Below are positions 23,497 to 31,179 of a DNA stretch of 31,179 nt, piece by piece. The stretch covers positions 1-31,179 of the IMG/VR virus record IMGVR_UViG_3300024179_000011. One strand, 5' to 3'. Numbering within the stretch: the first letter of the stretch is position 1; each line of letters starts with the position of its first letter. The DNA is from a virus. Lineage: Duplodnaviria > Caudoviricetes. Under the pieces are notes generated by a model that worked only from the letters and a program-made list of their open reading frames with translations, was not told where the DNA came from and made no database searches. A program made the translations under genes and the position numbers.

Positions 23497-23937
23497 ATGG
23501 CCGACGACAAGAAGAAGCCCAAAGTCATCGTGGACACCTCCATCCTCGACGAGAAGACGATCTCGGAGGTTCGCGCCCAGGCCAAGGCTAAGGTCGAGAA
23601 GGAACGGATCGCCGCCGCCAAGGCCCAGCTCCTCGAAGAGTTCGAGCAGGCCGAGCGGCAGGAGAAGGGTCTGTCCGAGGCCATGGAGGAGATCTATATC
23701 GACCTCGCGCCCTACGCCGACCGCCTCATGCTCGATGGCAAGATCCTGTTTCAGGGCCAGACCAAGACCGTGCGCGCCAGCGAAGCCGCGGTGATTCGCG
23801 AAATGATGCAGGCCACATGGAGGCATCAGTCGATCGTTGACGGCAAGCCGGAGGACTTCTATCGTCGCTCCCGTGGCCAAAGGGTCATCCCCCTCGGCAA
23901 CGGCCAAGCGGGGGTCTCGAATATTCTGAGGGCTTGA
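23497..23937 (+). CDS. Hypothetical protein, 146 aa
   Basis: MADDKKKPK...; AAAGGGAAG upstream; TGATG coupling to the next gene. Confidence 0.75.
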   Translation: MADDKKKPKVIVDTSILDEKTISEVRAQAKAKVEKERIAAAKAQLLEEFEQAERQEKGLSEAMEEIYIDLAPYADRLMLDGKILFQGQTKTVRASEAAVIREMMQATWRHQSIVDGKPEDFYRRSRGQRVIPLGNGQAGVSNILRA

Positions 23938-24395
23938 TGTCGGATCTGAAAGGGACAGAGACGGCTCCCGCGCTGGGAGTGTCTTTGAATGCGCAATTCG
24001 CGGCTGGTCGGCAGGTTGTTTTCCAGACGCACGTAGCACAAGACACCACTGAGGGCGAGATGAACAATCTGCTCGACCTCATGAACGCTGTGGTCGATCG
24101 ACAAGAGGCGTTCTACGCGCAGGAACAGGCGCGTAGGCAGTTGGAAGTCGACGAGAACGTGCTGATGAATCTCGTCAAGCGGCTCGGTGAGGTGGAGAAC
24201 AATATCCAGTTGAAGGCGCTCGCCGACAACCGGCGCAACCCGAAGCCGTCGCCGCAGGACGAAGTGCAGAAGAAGCAGGCCCTGGACAGCCTGGAGGAGG
24301 CCAAGAAGCGTGTCGCGATCGACAAGGCGCATCTGGCGGATCTGATCAAAAGGGCCGGTAACCGCGATGGGGCTGCAAGCGCAACAGATCGTTAG
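23937..24395 (+). CDS. Coiled-coil hypothetical protein, 152 aa
   Basis: In ORF track; TGATG-coupled. Confidence 0.75.
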   Translation: MSDLKGTETAPALGVSLNAQFAAGRQVVFQTHVAQDTTEGEMNNLLDLMNAVVDRQEAFYAQEQARRQLEVDENVLMNLVKRLGEVENNIQLKALADNRRNPKPSPQDEVQKKQALDSLEEAKKRVAIDKAHLADLIKRAGNRDGAASATDR

Positions 24396-25107
24396 CCTCG
24401 CCTGCCAGATCGCGAAGTGTCCGAAATACACTGCGCAAGCGGGGCAATTCCTCAACAACTGCCTGCAGACGCTTGCGCAGAACTACGACTTCGACGTCAT
24501 TCGCAAGACGTTCAATTTCAACTTCAACACGAGTTCGACGGGTAACGGGTACGTGGCCGGCTGCGGCCCCAACCTGATGCCCCCGGACTTCCTCCGCGCG
24601 CACAAGCTCGGTGCCTTCTACAAGATCAACGGTGTGCCCTACACCATGATCGGGTACGAGCAATCCGAGTTCGACCGTTTTGTGCAGCAGGCGGGCAACG
24701 CCGCCTATCCCTACGCGTTCTACGTCGACGTCTCCAAGACGCCGATGGAGCTATATGTCTGGGTCCCGGCGGCTGGCGCTTATGCAGCGACGGTGCGCTA
24801 CAACCCGCAGATGCCCGACATCGCGACACCCGAGACGTCGTCGGCCGTCCCGTGGTTCCCCAATACCGACATCTTGATCACCTACGTGGCTGGCTCGTTG
24901 ATGGCGATCACCAACGACGATCGCCAGCCGGCGTTCATGGGTAGCGCCGACCAGGCACCCAATTCCTGGGAAGGCCAGCTCAAGCGGTACCTGAAGATGA
25001 AGGACGACCCGGAGACCGCCGGCGCGAAGCGCGTGTCGCTCGATCGCCGGTTCTTCGGTGGCAGTCAGTGGGGGCGTCTCCCGAACACCAAGACCATCGG
25101 GTGGTGA
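24367..25107 (+). CDS. Head-tail adaptor / tail tubular protein A-like
   Basis: 246 aa; helical N-terminus, GxP..YV-like segment and VWVPA..AY..TVRY; position before the nozzle gene. Confidence 0.7.
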   Translation: MGLQAQQIVSLACQIAKCPKYTAQAGQFLNNCLQTLAQNYDFDVIRKTFNFNFNTSSTGNGYVAGCGPNLMPPDFLRAHKLGAFYKINGVPYTMIGYEQSEFDRFVQQAGNAAYPYAFYVDVSKTPMELYVWVPAAGAYAATVRYNPQMPDIATPETSSAVPWFPNTDILITYVAGSLMAITNDDRQPAFMGSADQAPNSWEGQLKRYLKMKDDPETAGAKRVSLDRRFFGGSQWGRLPNTKTIGW

Positions 25108-26751
25108 ATGAGTCTCCGTAACGCCCAACCGATCAAGTTCTCGCCGGCCGGGCTCTCCGATGCCCTGGACGGCTCGAACGTGTTTCCGGGGGCAATGCAG
25201 ACCCTGCAGAACCTGATCCCCGATCCCACCACCAAGAATGTCTGGACCTGTCGCCCGGCCGCCGTCGCGCGCGCGGGCTTCCCCGGCGTGCTGCCAGACG
25301 CGGGCTTCGTTTCGGTCTACAAGGTGATCGGCACGCGGCTCTACGGCCTCGTGGCGACCTCGACCAACGTTGGACACGATGAGCCCTTCGTCTACGATCT
25401 CGCCACCAACACATTCGTCGCGATCACCGGCGTGACGGCGGCCAACACGCCGATCAGCCCGAGCCCGCTGCCATCGGTCGCGTGGACGCCGCCGACGATG
25501 GACATCATTGGTTCCAAGATCATCGTCACCCATCCTGGCTATACGGGCGCCGCGGGAAACTTCTTCGGCTGGTTCGATATCGCGACCTTCGCCGCTCCGG
25601 TCTGGCATGCGGGCAACACGGCGACCAACGCACTCATCGCGGTGCCGTCGGCGGTCAAGCAGTTCGGCCAGCGCGCCTATTTCATCGTCAACGATCCGGC
25701 CGTGCCCGGTACGCCGTTCAGCGACGTGCTCAACCCGCTGACGATCACCAACGCCAACCAGGTCCTGACCTACGGCGACAATGTCCCGTTGACCGCGCTA
25801 GGCGCGCTGCCGCTGAACTCCCAGCTGACTGGTGGTATCCTCCAGTCGTTGATGGTCTTCAAGGAAGCCGCCATCTTCCAGGTCATGGGGGACGCGGCTT
25901 CGACCGCCAATCCGCTGACGATCAATTCGTTGAACGTGGCGGTTGGCACGCTGGCGCCGAACTCGATCACCTCTACCCCGAAGGGTTTGGCGTTTCTCGC
26001 GGTGGATGGCGTTCGCGTCATCAACTTCCAGAGCACGGTATCCGATCCCGTAGGCTTCGCTGGCAGCGGCGTCACGGTCCCGTTCATCAACGTGGCGGTC
26101 CCCTCCCGCGTGGCTGCGGCGTGCAACGCTAACGTGTTCAGGATTTCGCTCAGCACCACGTCGATCTCGGGTATCGTCGAGCAGGAATACTGGTACGACA
26201 TCGGTCGTTCCTGCTGGAGCGGCCCGCACACCTTCCCCGCGTCCTTGATGGAGGCGTACAGCAACACCTTCATCATGACGCCGGTCGGCGTGACGGGGAA
26301 GTTGTTCCAGTCTGATTCGATCCAGTCGGCGTCGAGCGTGTTCATCGAGAACGGCTTCCAGCTTTCGTTCGCATGGCACACGGCGAACCTGCCCGATCTT
26401 CAGACCATGTCGGAATTGAACCTGCTGGAGACCACGCTCAATATTGCGGGTTCGGTCGACAACGTCAGCTACCAGGCGGCGTTCATCACGTCTGATGGCG
26501 AGACGCTGGATACCGTCACGCTCGCGGTCATAGCCGCGACAGCACGCTGGGGCGCGTTTACCTGGGGCGGTGCGTCGTGGAGTGTCTCGGTAACGGGGCT
26601 CTCGCCGCTGCCGATCAACTGGCACAACCCGATCGTGTTCCGCAAGGGCGGCATCGCGCTCTCGGGATTCTCCTACGCCGGCTTCAAGGTGGGCGATCTC
26701 TTCATGCGCACTGAACAGCTCGGATATCTGCAACAGGTGGCGGCAGCATGA
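25108..26751 (+). CDS. Tail nozzle / tail tubular protein B-like (beta-propeller)
   Basis: 547 aa beta-rich; NLIPD..CRP start, LMVFKE, LAFLAVDGV; podoviral synteny. Confidence 0.75.
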   Translation: MSLRNAQPIKFSPAGLSDALDGSNVFPGAMQTLQNLIPDPTTKNVWTCRPAAVARAGFPGVLPDAGFVSVYKVIGTRLYGLVATSTNVGHDEPFVYDLATNTFVAITGVTAANTPISPSPLPSVAWTPPTMDIIGSKIIVTHPGYTGAAGNFFGWFDIATFAAPVWHAGNTATNALIAVPSAVKQFGQRAYFIVNDPAVPGTPFSDVLNPLTITNANQVLTYGDNVPLTALGALPLNSQLTGGILQSLMVFKEAAIFQVMGDAASTANPLTINSLNVAVGTLAPNSITSTPKGLAFLAVDGVRVINFQSTVSDPVGFAGSGVTVPFINVAVPSRVAAACNANVFRISLSTTSISGIVEQEYWYDIGRSCWSGPHTFPASLMEAYSNTFIMTPVGVTGKLFQSDSIQSASSVFIENGFQLSFAWHTANLPDLQTMSELNLLETTLNIAGSVDNVSYQAAFITSDGETLDTVTLAVIAATARWGAFTWGGASWSVSVTGLSPLPINWHNPIVFRKGGIALSGFSYAGFKVGDLFMRTEQLGYLQQVAAA

Positions 26752-28031
26752 CCCGGATCAAGGCACTTATTCTCGCGTTCTTCATGATGCTACCTGTCGT
26801 GGCGCAGGCGCAAGTCATCCCTTCGTTGCCCTACAATCTGACGAACGGTACGATCGCCGACGCCAACCAGGTCATGGCGAACTTCAACCAGATCGTCAGC
26901 TCGACCAACACCAACGCGGCCAATGCTGGCGCCAACACCAACATCACGGCGCTACTTGGCTTGACAACTCCGCTGGCTCCGGCTTCAGGGGGATCACCTG
27001 TCTATACTGCGGGGACATCGGGTGGATCAGCCAACGCCCAGACGGTGCTCTCGCCGACGCCAGCTGGATATGTCCTCGCCGCCGGGCGCATCGTCATCTT
27101 CACCGCTGGTTTCACCAACAATGGGCCAACTACTCTCAACGTCAATTCGACAGGCCCGATCGCGGTTCTGCAACACGCGCAGTCAGGTCTCGTCCCGCTC
27201 GCGGGCGGCGAGATCGTGGCGACACAGGCCACCATCGCCTACTATGACGGTACCCAATACCAACTGTTCGATGCTTCGCCGCAGGCACTCGTGAGTGCTT
27301 GCACCGAAATCGATTACCGTGGGGTTGCCATTCCTTCGGGCTACCTGGCCGAGAACGGAGCGGCGGTGGCGCGGTCGACCTATGCCAACCTGTTCGGGTG
27401 CCTGGCGTACAGCGGCATCGCGGCTTCGACCGTAAGCGGAAGCAGCAGCGTGACAGTCCCCAACAGCGCGCTATTCGATGGCGCCTGGTACGTCGGCGGG
27501 ACGAACATTACATGCAACTCGACAATTCTCAGCATCCCTGACGGCACTCACATCGTCATCAGCACAAACGCAGGGGCCACAGGTACTACGACCCTGACGA
27601 TCGGACCTTACCCACAGGGTGACTGCAGCACGACCTTCAATCTCCCGGACGCGCGAGGACGTGCCAGCGTTATGACGGATTCGTCAGGAGCTGTGCTGTC
27701 AAGCACGACCTGCGCCAATCCGAACGTTCGTGGTGCCAGCTGCGGTTCGCAGACGCACACGCTCACGATGGCGGAACTGCCGGCTTCTCCGGCGCCAGTA
27801 GCAGCAACCGCGGTGATCGCTGCATCGGGGAACGTCGTGGCAGTCACTTTCGGAGCCGCCACTACCAACATCCAGCAGGGCACCGGAGCTGCGGTAGCAG
27901 TCTACGCGGGTGATAAATTCGGCATCATGCCCAACCTTCCCGTGAGTACGAATACCTCCAACCTCGGAAGCGGGACCGCCCATTCCGTTCTCCAGCCGAT
28001 CTCACTTGTCACCAAAGCAATTAAATTCTAA
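26748..28031 (+). CDS. Tail fibre with phage tail collar domain and Sec signal peptide
   Basis: MTRIKALILAFFMMLPVVAQA|Q; NGTIADANQVMANF anchor; TNNGPTTLNVN; IPSGYLAENG..RSTYANLF, STTFNLPDARGR, HSVLQP (collar domain). Confidence 0.88.
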   Translation: MTRIKALILAFFMMLPVVAQAQVIPSLPYNLTNGTIADANQVMANFNQIVSSTNTNAANAGANTNITALLGLTTPLAPASGGSPVYTAGTSGGSANAQTVLSPTPAGYVLAAGRIVIFTAGFTNNGPTTLNVNSTGPIAVLQHAQSGLVPLAGGEIVATQATIAYYDGTQYQLFDASPQALVSACTEIDYRGVAIPSGYLAENGAAVARSTYANLFGCLAYSGIAASTVSGSSSVTVPNSALFDGAWYVGGTNITCNSTILSIPDGTHIVISTNAGATGTTTLTIGPYPQGDCSTTFNLPDARGRASVMTDSSGAVLSSTTCANPNVRGASCGSQTHTLTMAELPASPAPVAATAVIAASGNVVAVTFGAATTNIQQGTGAAVAVYAGDKFGIMPNLPVSTNTSNLGSGTAHSVLQPISLVTKAIKF

Positions 28032-28058
28032 AGTGCATCCACCCAGAGGGAGATTATT

Positions 28059-28670
28059 ATGCGCATCCGCCGACTCGCTGTTCTGGCCCTCATGGGCTTC
28101 CTGGTCTCCGGCGCGGCCGCTTTCGGCGCCAATTTGTCGCTGCTGTCGGGGCCGCAGTACAGCGAGCCCAGCCAGATCCTAGCGACCATCAACACCTTGA
28201 TCCGCAACATCAATGCGGGTGTCGGTGGCCTCCTGAACGCCCAGACCGCCGCAGTCGCGACGGGCACTGGCACCGGCGAGCAGACCCTTCAGACCTACAC
28301 CCTGCCGGCGAATCAGCTGGCCTCGGCGGGTCAGGCAGTCCGGGTCCGGTGCTGGGGCACCACGGGTGCCACCGGCAACTCTAAGACCCGGAAACTTTAT
28401 TTCGGGGCCTCGGTCATCGCGACTGCCTCCGAAGCTGCCAACGCCCAGAACTGGGTACTGGAGCTCGTGGTCATGCGCACCGGCGCGGCGACCCAGTCGA
28501 TCAGTGGTACGGGACTCGCGGGCACCGGCGGCGTCACCCCGCTCTCCTACATCAACCAGGGGACGGACAATCTCGCAGCTGCGGTCACCATCAAGTGCAC
28601 CGGCACCGACGCCACCTCAGCGGCGGCTGACGTCACTGCCAACGGGATGCTCGTCGAGCAGATCAAGTAA
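28059..28670 (+). CDS. Beta-rich virion-type protein with Sec signal peptide
   Basis: MRIRRLAVLALMGFLVSGAAAFG|A; GGGAG RBS; two Cys in the mature region. Confidence 0.8.
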   Translation: MRIRRLAVLALMGFLVSGAAAFGANLSLLSGPQYSEPSQILATINTLIRNINAGVGGLLNAQTAAVATGTGTGEQTLQTYTLPANQLASAGQAVRVRCWGTTGATGNSKTRKLYFGASVIATASEAANAQNWVLELVVMRTGAATQSISGTGLAGTGGVTPLSYINQGTDNLAAAVTIKCTGTDATSAAADVTANGMLVEQIK

Positions 28671-28680
28671 GGAGACCACC

Positions 28681-28836
28681 ATGGCGAAGTTAGGTTTGCA
28701 CGACGGGCTCAAGAACCAGAGCCCGTCAGCCGAAGACGCTTCCACCAAGCTGCCGAAGGGACCCAGTGTTAACCAGGACGCCACCCGAACTGGACCTGCC
28801 CCAACACAGCCGACCCTCGGGCCCCGCTGCGCCTGA
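28681..28836 (+). CDS. Small disordered protein, 51 aa
   Basis: TAAGGAG RBS; MAKLGLHDGLKNQSPS... Confidence 0.7.
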   Translation: MAKLGLHDGLKNQSPSAEDASTKLPKGPSVNQDATRTGPAPTQPTLGPRCA

Positions 28837-29290
28837 GTTCGCCTGGGAGCGGTTCCACGCAATCGCGCACGAACTCCCGCCGCTCTTTCTGGAGCATTGG
28901 CGGGAGTTGGCGCTGAACCGCGACGCCATCCCGCTCGACCCCGACTGGGACAAGTTCTACCGGCTCGATATCGAGGGCATCCTTCGGGTGCTTACGGTGC
29001 GCGTCGAAGGCGCGCTGGTTGGCTATCTCTTCCTGCTGGTCGGGCCGCACCTTCACTATCGATCGACCCTGTGGGGGCATGTCGACATGTACTGGATGGA
29101 CCCTTCGGTGCGTGCCGGCTGGACCGGGGTGAAGCTGTTCAAGCGCCTGATCGCCGACGCCCGCACCATGGGCGCAGCCAATTTGACCCTGTCCACGAAG
29201 CACCACTTCATGGATAATCGGGTCACAAGGTTGCTTGGACGGCTCGGCTTCACTCCGATCGAGACGGTCCACGCCATGAGGTTGATCTGA
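28766..29290 (+). CDS. GNAT-family acetyltransferase-like protein
   Basis: RVEGALVGY, DMYWMDPSVRAGWTGVKLFK, RLLGRLGFTPIE; usual podoviral position before the ejection proteins; start uncertain. Confidence 0.8.
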   Translation: MLTRTPPELDLPQHSRPSGPAAPEFAWERFHAIAHELPPLFLEHWRELALNRDAIPLDPDWDKFYRLDIEGILRVLTVRVEGALVGYLFLLVGPHLHYRSTLWGHVDMYWMDPSVRAGWTGVKLFKRLIADARTMGAANLTLSTKHHFMDNRVTRLLGRLGFTPIETVHAMRLI

Positions 29291-30255
29291 TGGGCATCTC
29301 GCTGGGCGGCATCGGAGCGGCGATCGGCGCGGGAAGCTCGCTCTTTGGGCTGTTCGGCGGTGGCAATGACAACAAGACCCCTCCGGCACCGCAGATCTAC
29401 CAACCGCAGAACATGGCTGGCGCGGATCAGGGCGCCTACAGTGGCATCCAGGGGCTCGGCCAGTACAACACGGCCGGTGCCGCGCTGCCCTACGCCCAGA
29501 ACACGTTCCAGAACCTCTACAACAACCCCTACGCCAGCCAGTACCAGCAGGGCGCGAACACGACTGCGGGTGTCGGCTGGGGCGTCGGTGGCCAGCAGGT
29601 CGGCGCTGGTAGCAACCTCATGGCTGCGGGCAACTCCATCCTGCCCTACTCGCAGTCGATCCTGCAGACCGGCTTCGACCCGCAGAGCGCGCTCTACAAC
29701 CAGTTGTTCCAGCAGCAGACCGAGCAGGATCGCGCCGGCCAGGCCGCGCGCGGCATCGCCACGACACCTTACGGCGCGGGGCTCGAAAACAAGGCCAACA
29801 CCGATTTCGACATCGCCTGGCAGAACGCGCAGCTCGGCCGGGAGAACACCGCGCTGCAGGGCGCCGGCTACGGCCTGAACTCAGGCGGCAACGCCATCAA
29901 CCTTGGCCAGAATGTCTCGACGCTCGGGCTGCAGACCCTCGGGAACGCGGCGGCGCTCCCCTATTCGACCGCCAACACGATCGGCAACAACCAGTTCAAC
30001 GCGATCGGCCAGTATGGTCAGGCAGGCACGTCCGCCGCGGCGATCCCACAGATGACGATCGAGGACTATCTGAAGTACCTGACCGGCGGCACCACCGCTG
30101 GCAGCGTGGCGAATCAGGGCTACGCGAGCCAGCTCGCCGCACAGAACCAGAATTTCAACCAGCAGCAGACGCTGGGGAAGAACTTCGGTTCGTCGCTGTC
30201 GGGATTGGGAACATGGTACAATAAGCAGTTCCCGTCGAGCGGGGTGGGCCTATGA
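29290..30255 (+). CDS. DNA ejection / internal virion protein
   Basis: Gly/Ala hydrophobic N-terminus (GGIGAAIGAGSSLFGLFGGG), Q/N/G-rich body, AARGI motif. Confidence 0.75.
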   Translation: MGISLGGIGAAIGAGSSLFGLFGGGNDNKTPPAPQIYQPQNMAGADQGAYSGIQGLGQYNTAGAALPYAQNTFQNLYNNPYASQYQQGANTTAGVGWGVGGQQVGAGSNLMAAGNSILPYSQSILQTGFDPQSALYNQLFQQQTEQDRAGQAARGIATTPYGAGLENKANTDFDIAWQNAQLGRENTALQGAGYGLNSGGNAINLGQNVSTLGLQTLGNAAALPYSTANTIGNNQFNAIGQYGQAGTSAAAIPQMTIEDYLKYLTGGTTAGSVANQGYASQLAAQNQNFNQQQTLGKNFGSSLSGLGTWYNKQFPSSGVGL

Positions 30256-31178
30256 ACCTCGGCGGGCTCTCGGCCACCTATCCCGGCTACATGGCGCAGG
30301 AGAACCAGACTGCGACCACCGAGCAGAACCAGGCCGCAGCGCAGGAGGTTGCGCTCAAGCTGTTGGGTGCCCATGTGCTTGGAAGGGCTCTCACCGGTGC
30401 TGCGCCGGGTCAACCCGCGCCGCAGCCGCCCGCTCCCGGTCAAGCCTCGGTCCCAAATCAGCCCGCTCCTGCGCCAGCACCCCCTGCTGTAGCGCAGGGA
30501 GGGCCGGCCGCACCGCCAGCAACGCCTCAAATGGCCCAAGGTGCGGCCGGTGCCCCTCCGTCCGCTGGTGGCTCCGGGCTGCCCGAGATCAGCCTGCAGG
30601 CGCTGCAGCAGCGTATCCTGCAGACCACGCCGCAGGTCGCGAATCACCCCGAGGTGATGCTGGCGGCGCTGGAGCGCGCGGCGCCGATCCTCGATCGCCA
30701 GGGCAAGGAAGACTTGGCGGACATGCGCAAGGAGATCGCTACCCAGCGGCTGCAGCAGGCCGGTGAGCTTGCACGTGCGCGCCAGGAGAGCCTGGACGCC
30801 TACCGGGCGGCGCAGGGCAGCCGTGCCGACCGCCGGCTCGACCAGGGCGATACCCGCGAGGCGCGGCTGGCAGCCAACTCGGCGGTGCGGAATGATGCCA
30901 CCACCCAGCGGCTGCAGATGCAGCAGGCGGATCTCGAACGGAAGATCCAAGCCGGCGACCGCGGCGTCGCGCTGGCGCAGTGGCGGGCGACCACCGATGC
31001 CCTCCACAAGCGCGCCACCGAGATCATCCAGTCGAACTCGATCGCGTCGACCATGTCGGACGCCGACCGCAAGGCGATGCTGGACGAGCAGCGGCAAGCC
31101 TACGAGGGCCAGATCGCGGCGATGCGCGGGATGGCGGGCAGCAGCACGCCGCAGGGCGGGACGGCGTCTGCGGGTGCG
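30252..31178 (+). CDS. Second ejection / internal virion protein (partial, runs off right edge)
   Basis: Missing from the ORF track; ATGA-coupled start, MNLGGLSATYPGYMAQENQ..., Pro/Ala/Gln linker then helical region, open to the window end. Confidence 0.75.
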   Translation, partial: MNLGGLSATYPGYMAQENQTATTEQNQAAAQEVALKLLGAHVLGRALTGAAPGQPAPQPPAPGQASVPNQPAPAPAPPAVAQGGPAAPPATPQMAQGAAGAPPSAGGSGLPEISLQALQQRILQTTPQVANHPEVMLAALERAAPILDRQGKEDLADMRKEIATQRLQQAGELARARQESLDAYRAAQGSRADRRLDQGDTREARLAANSAVRNDATTQRLQMQQADLERKIQAGDRGVALAQWRATTDALHKRATEIIQSNSIASTMSDADRKAMLDEQRQAYEGQIAAMRGMAGSSTPQGGTASAGA

Positions 31179-31179
31179 C

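Noticed and set aside
30120-31097. 325-aa minus-strand ORF
   Set aside because: Antisense to the ejection protein gene that runs off the window.
1-31179. tRNA, integrase/att site, intein, diversity-generating retroelement
   Set aside because: No cloverleaf, recombinase motif, intein splice motif, reverse transcriptase or TR/VR pair recognised by eye.

Overview
This window is a ~31 kb fragment of a GC-rich tailed phage with a podovirus-like layout. An alphaproteobacterial host is inferred from composition and promoter style, not shown directly. The left arm (1-6119, minus strand) is an early/replication region: a family A DNA polymerase truncated by the window edge, a chain of translationally coupled micro-ORFs, an XRE-HTH protein, a C5 cytosine methyltransferase-like gene and an intergenic type II hammerhead ribozyme. 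A repeat- and palindrome-rich non-coding region (~6050-6800, candidate origin/control region) marks the strand switch. The right arm (plus strand) carries endonuclease VII, small proteins including a KTSC domain, large terminase, portal, a Wzy_C/O-antigen-ligase-family membrane protein, signal-peptide-bearing fibre/adhesin proteins, a GH108 lysis module, scaffold, N4-gp56-type major capsid, adaptor, nozzle, a tail-collar fibre, a GNAT protein and ejection proteins. The most striking signal is that six late proteins carry Sec or Tat signal peptides, several with Cys replacing conserved Gly, and they are co-transcribed with an O-antigen-ligase/O-oligosaccharyltransferase-like gene. This suggests export and periplasmic maturation (disulfides, possibly glycosylation) of virion appendages. 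All family calls come from motif recognition by eye; no database searches were run.
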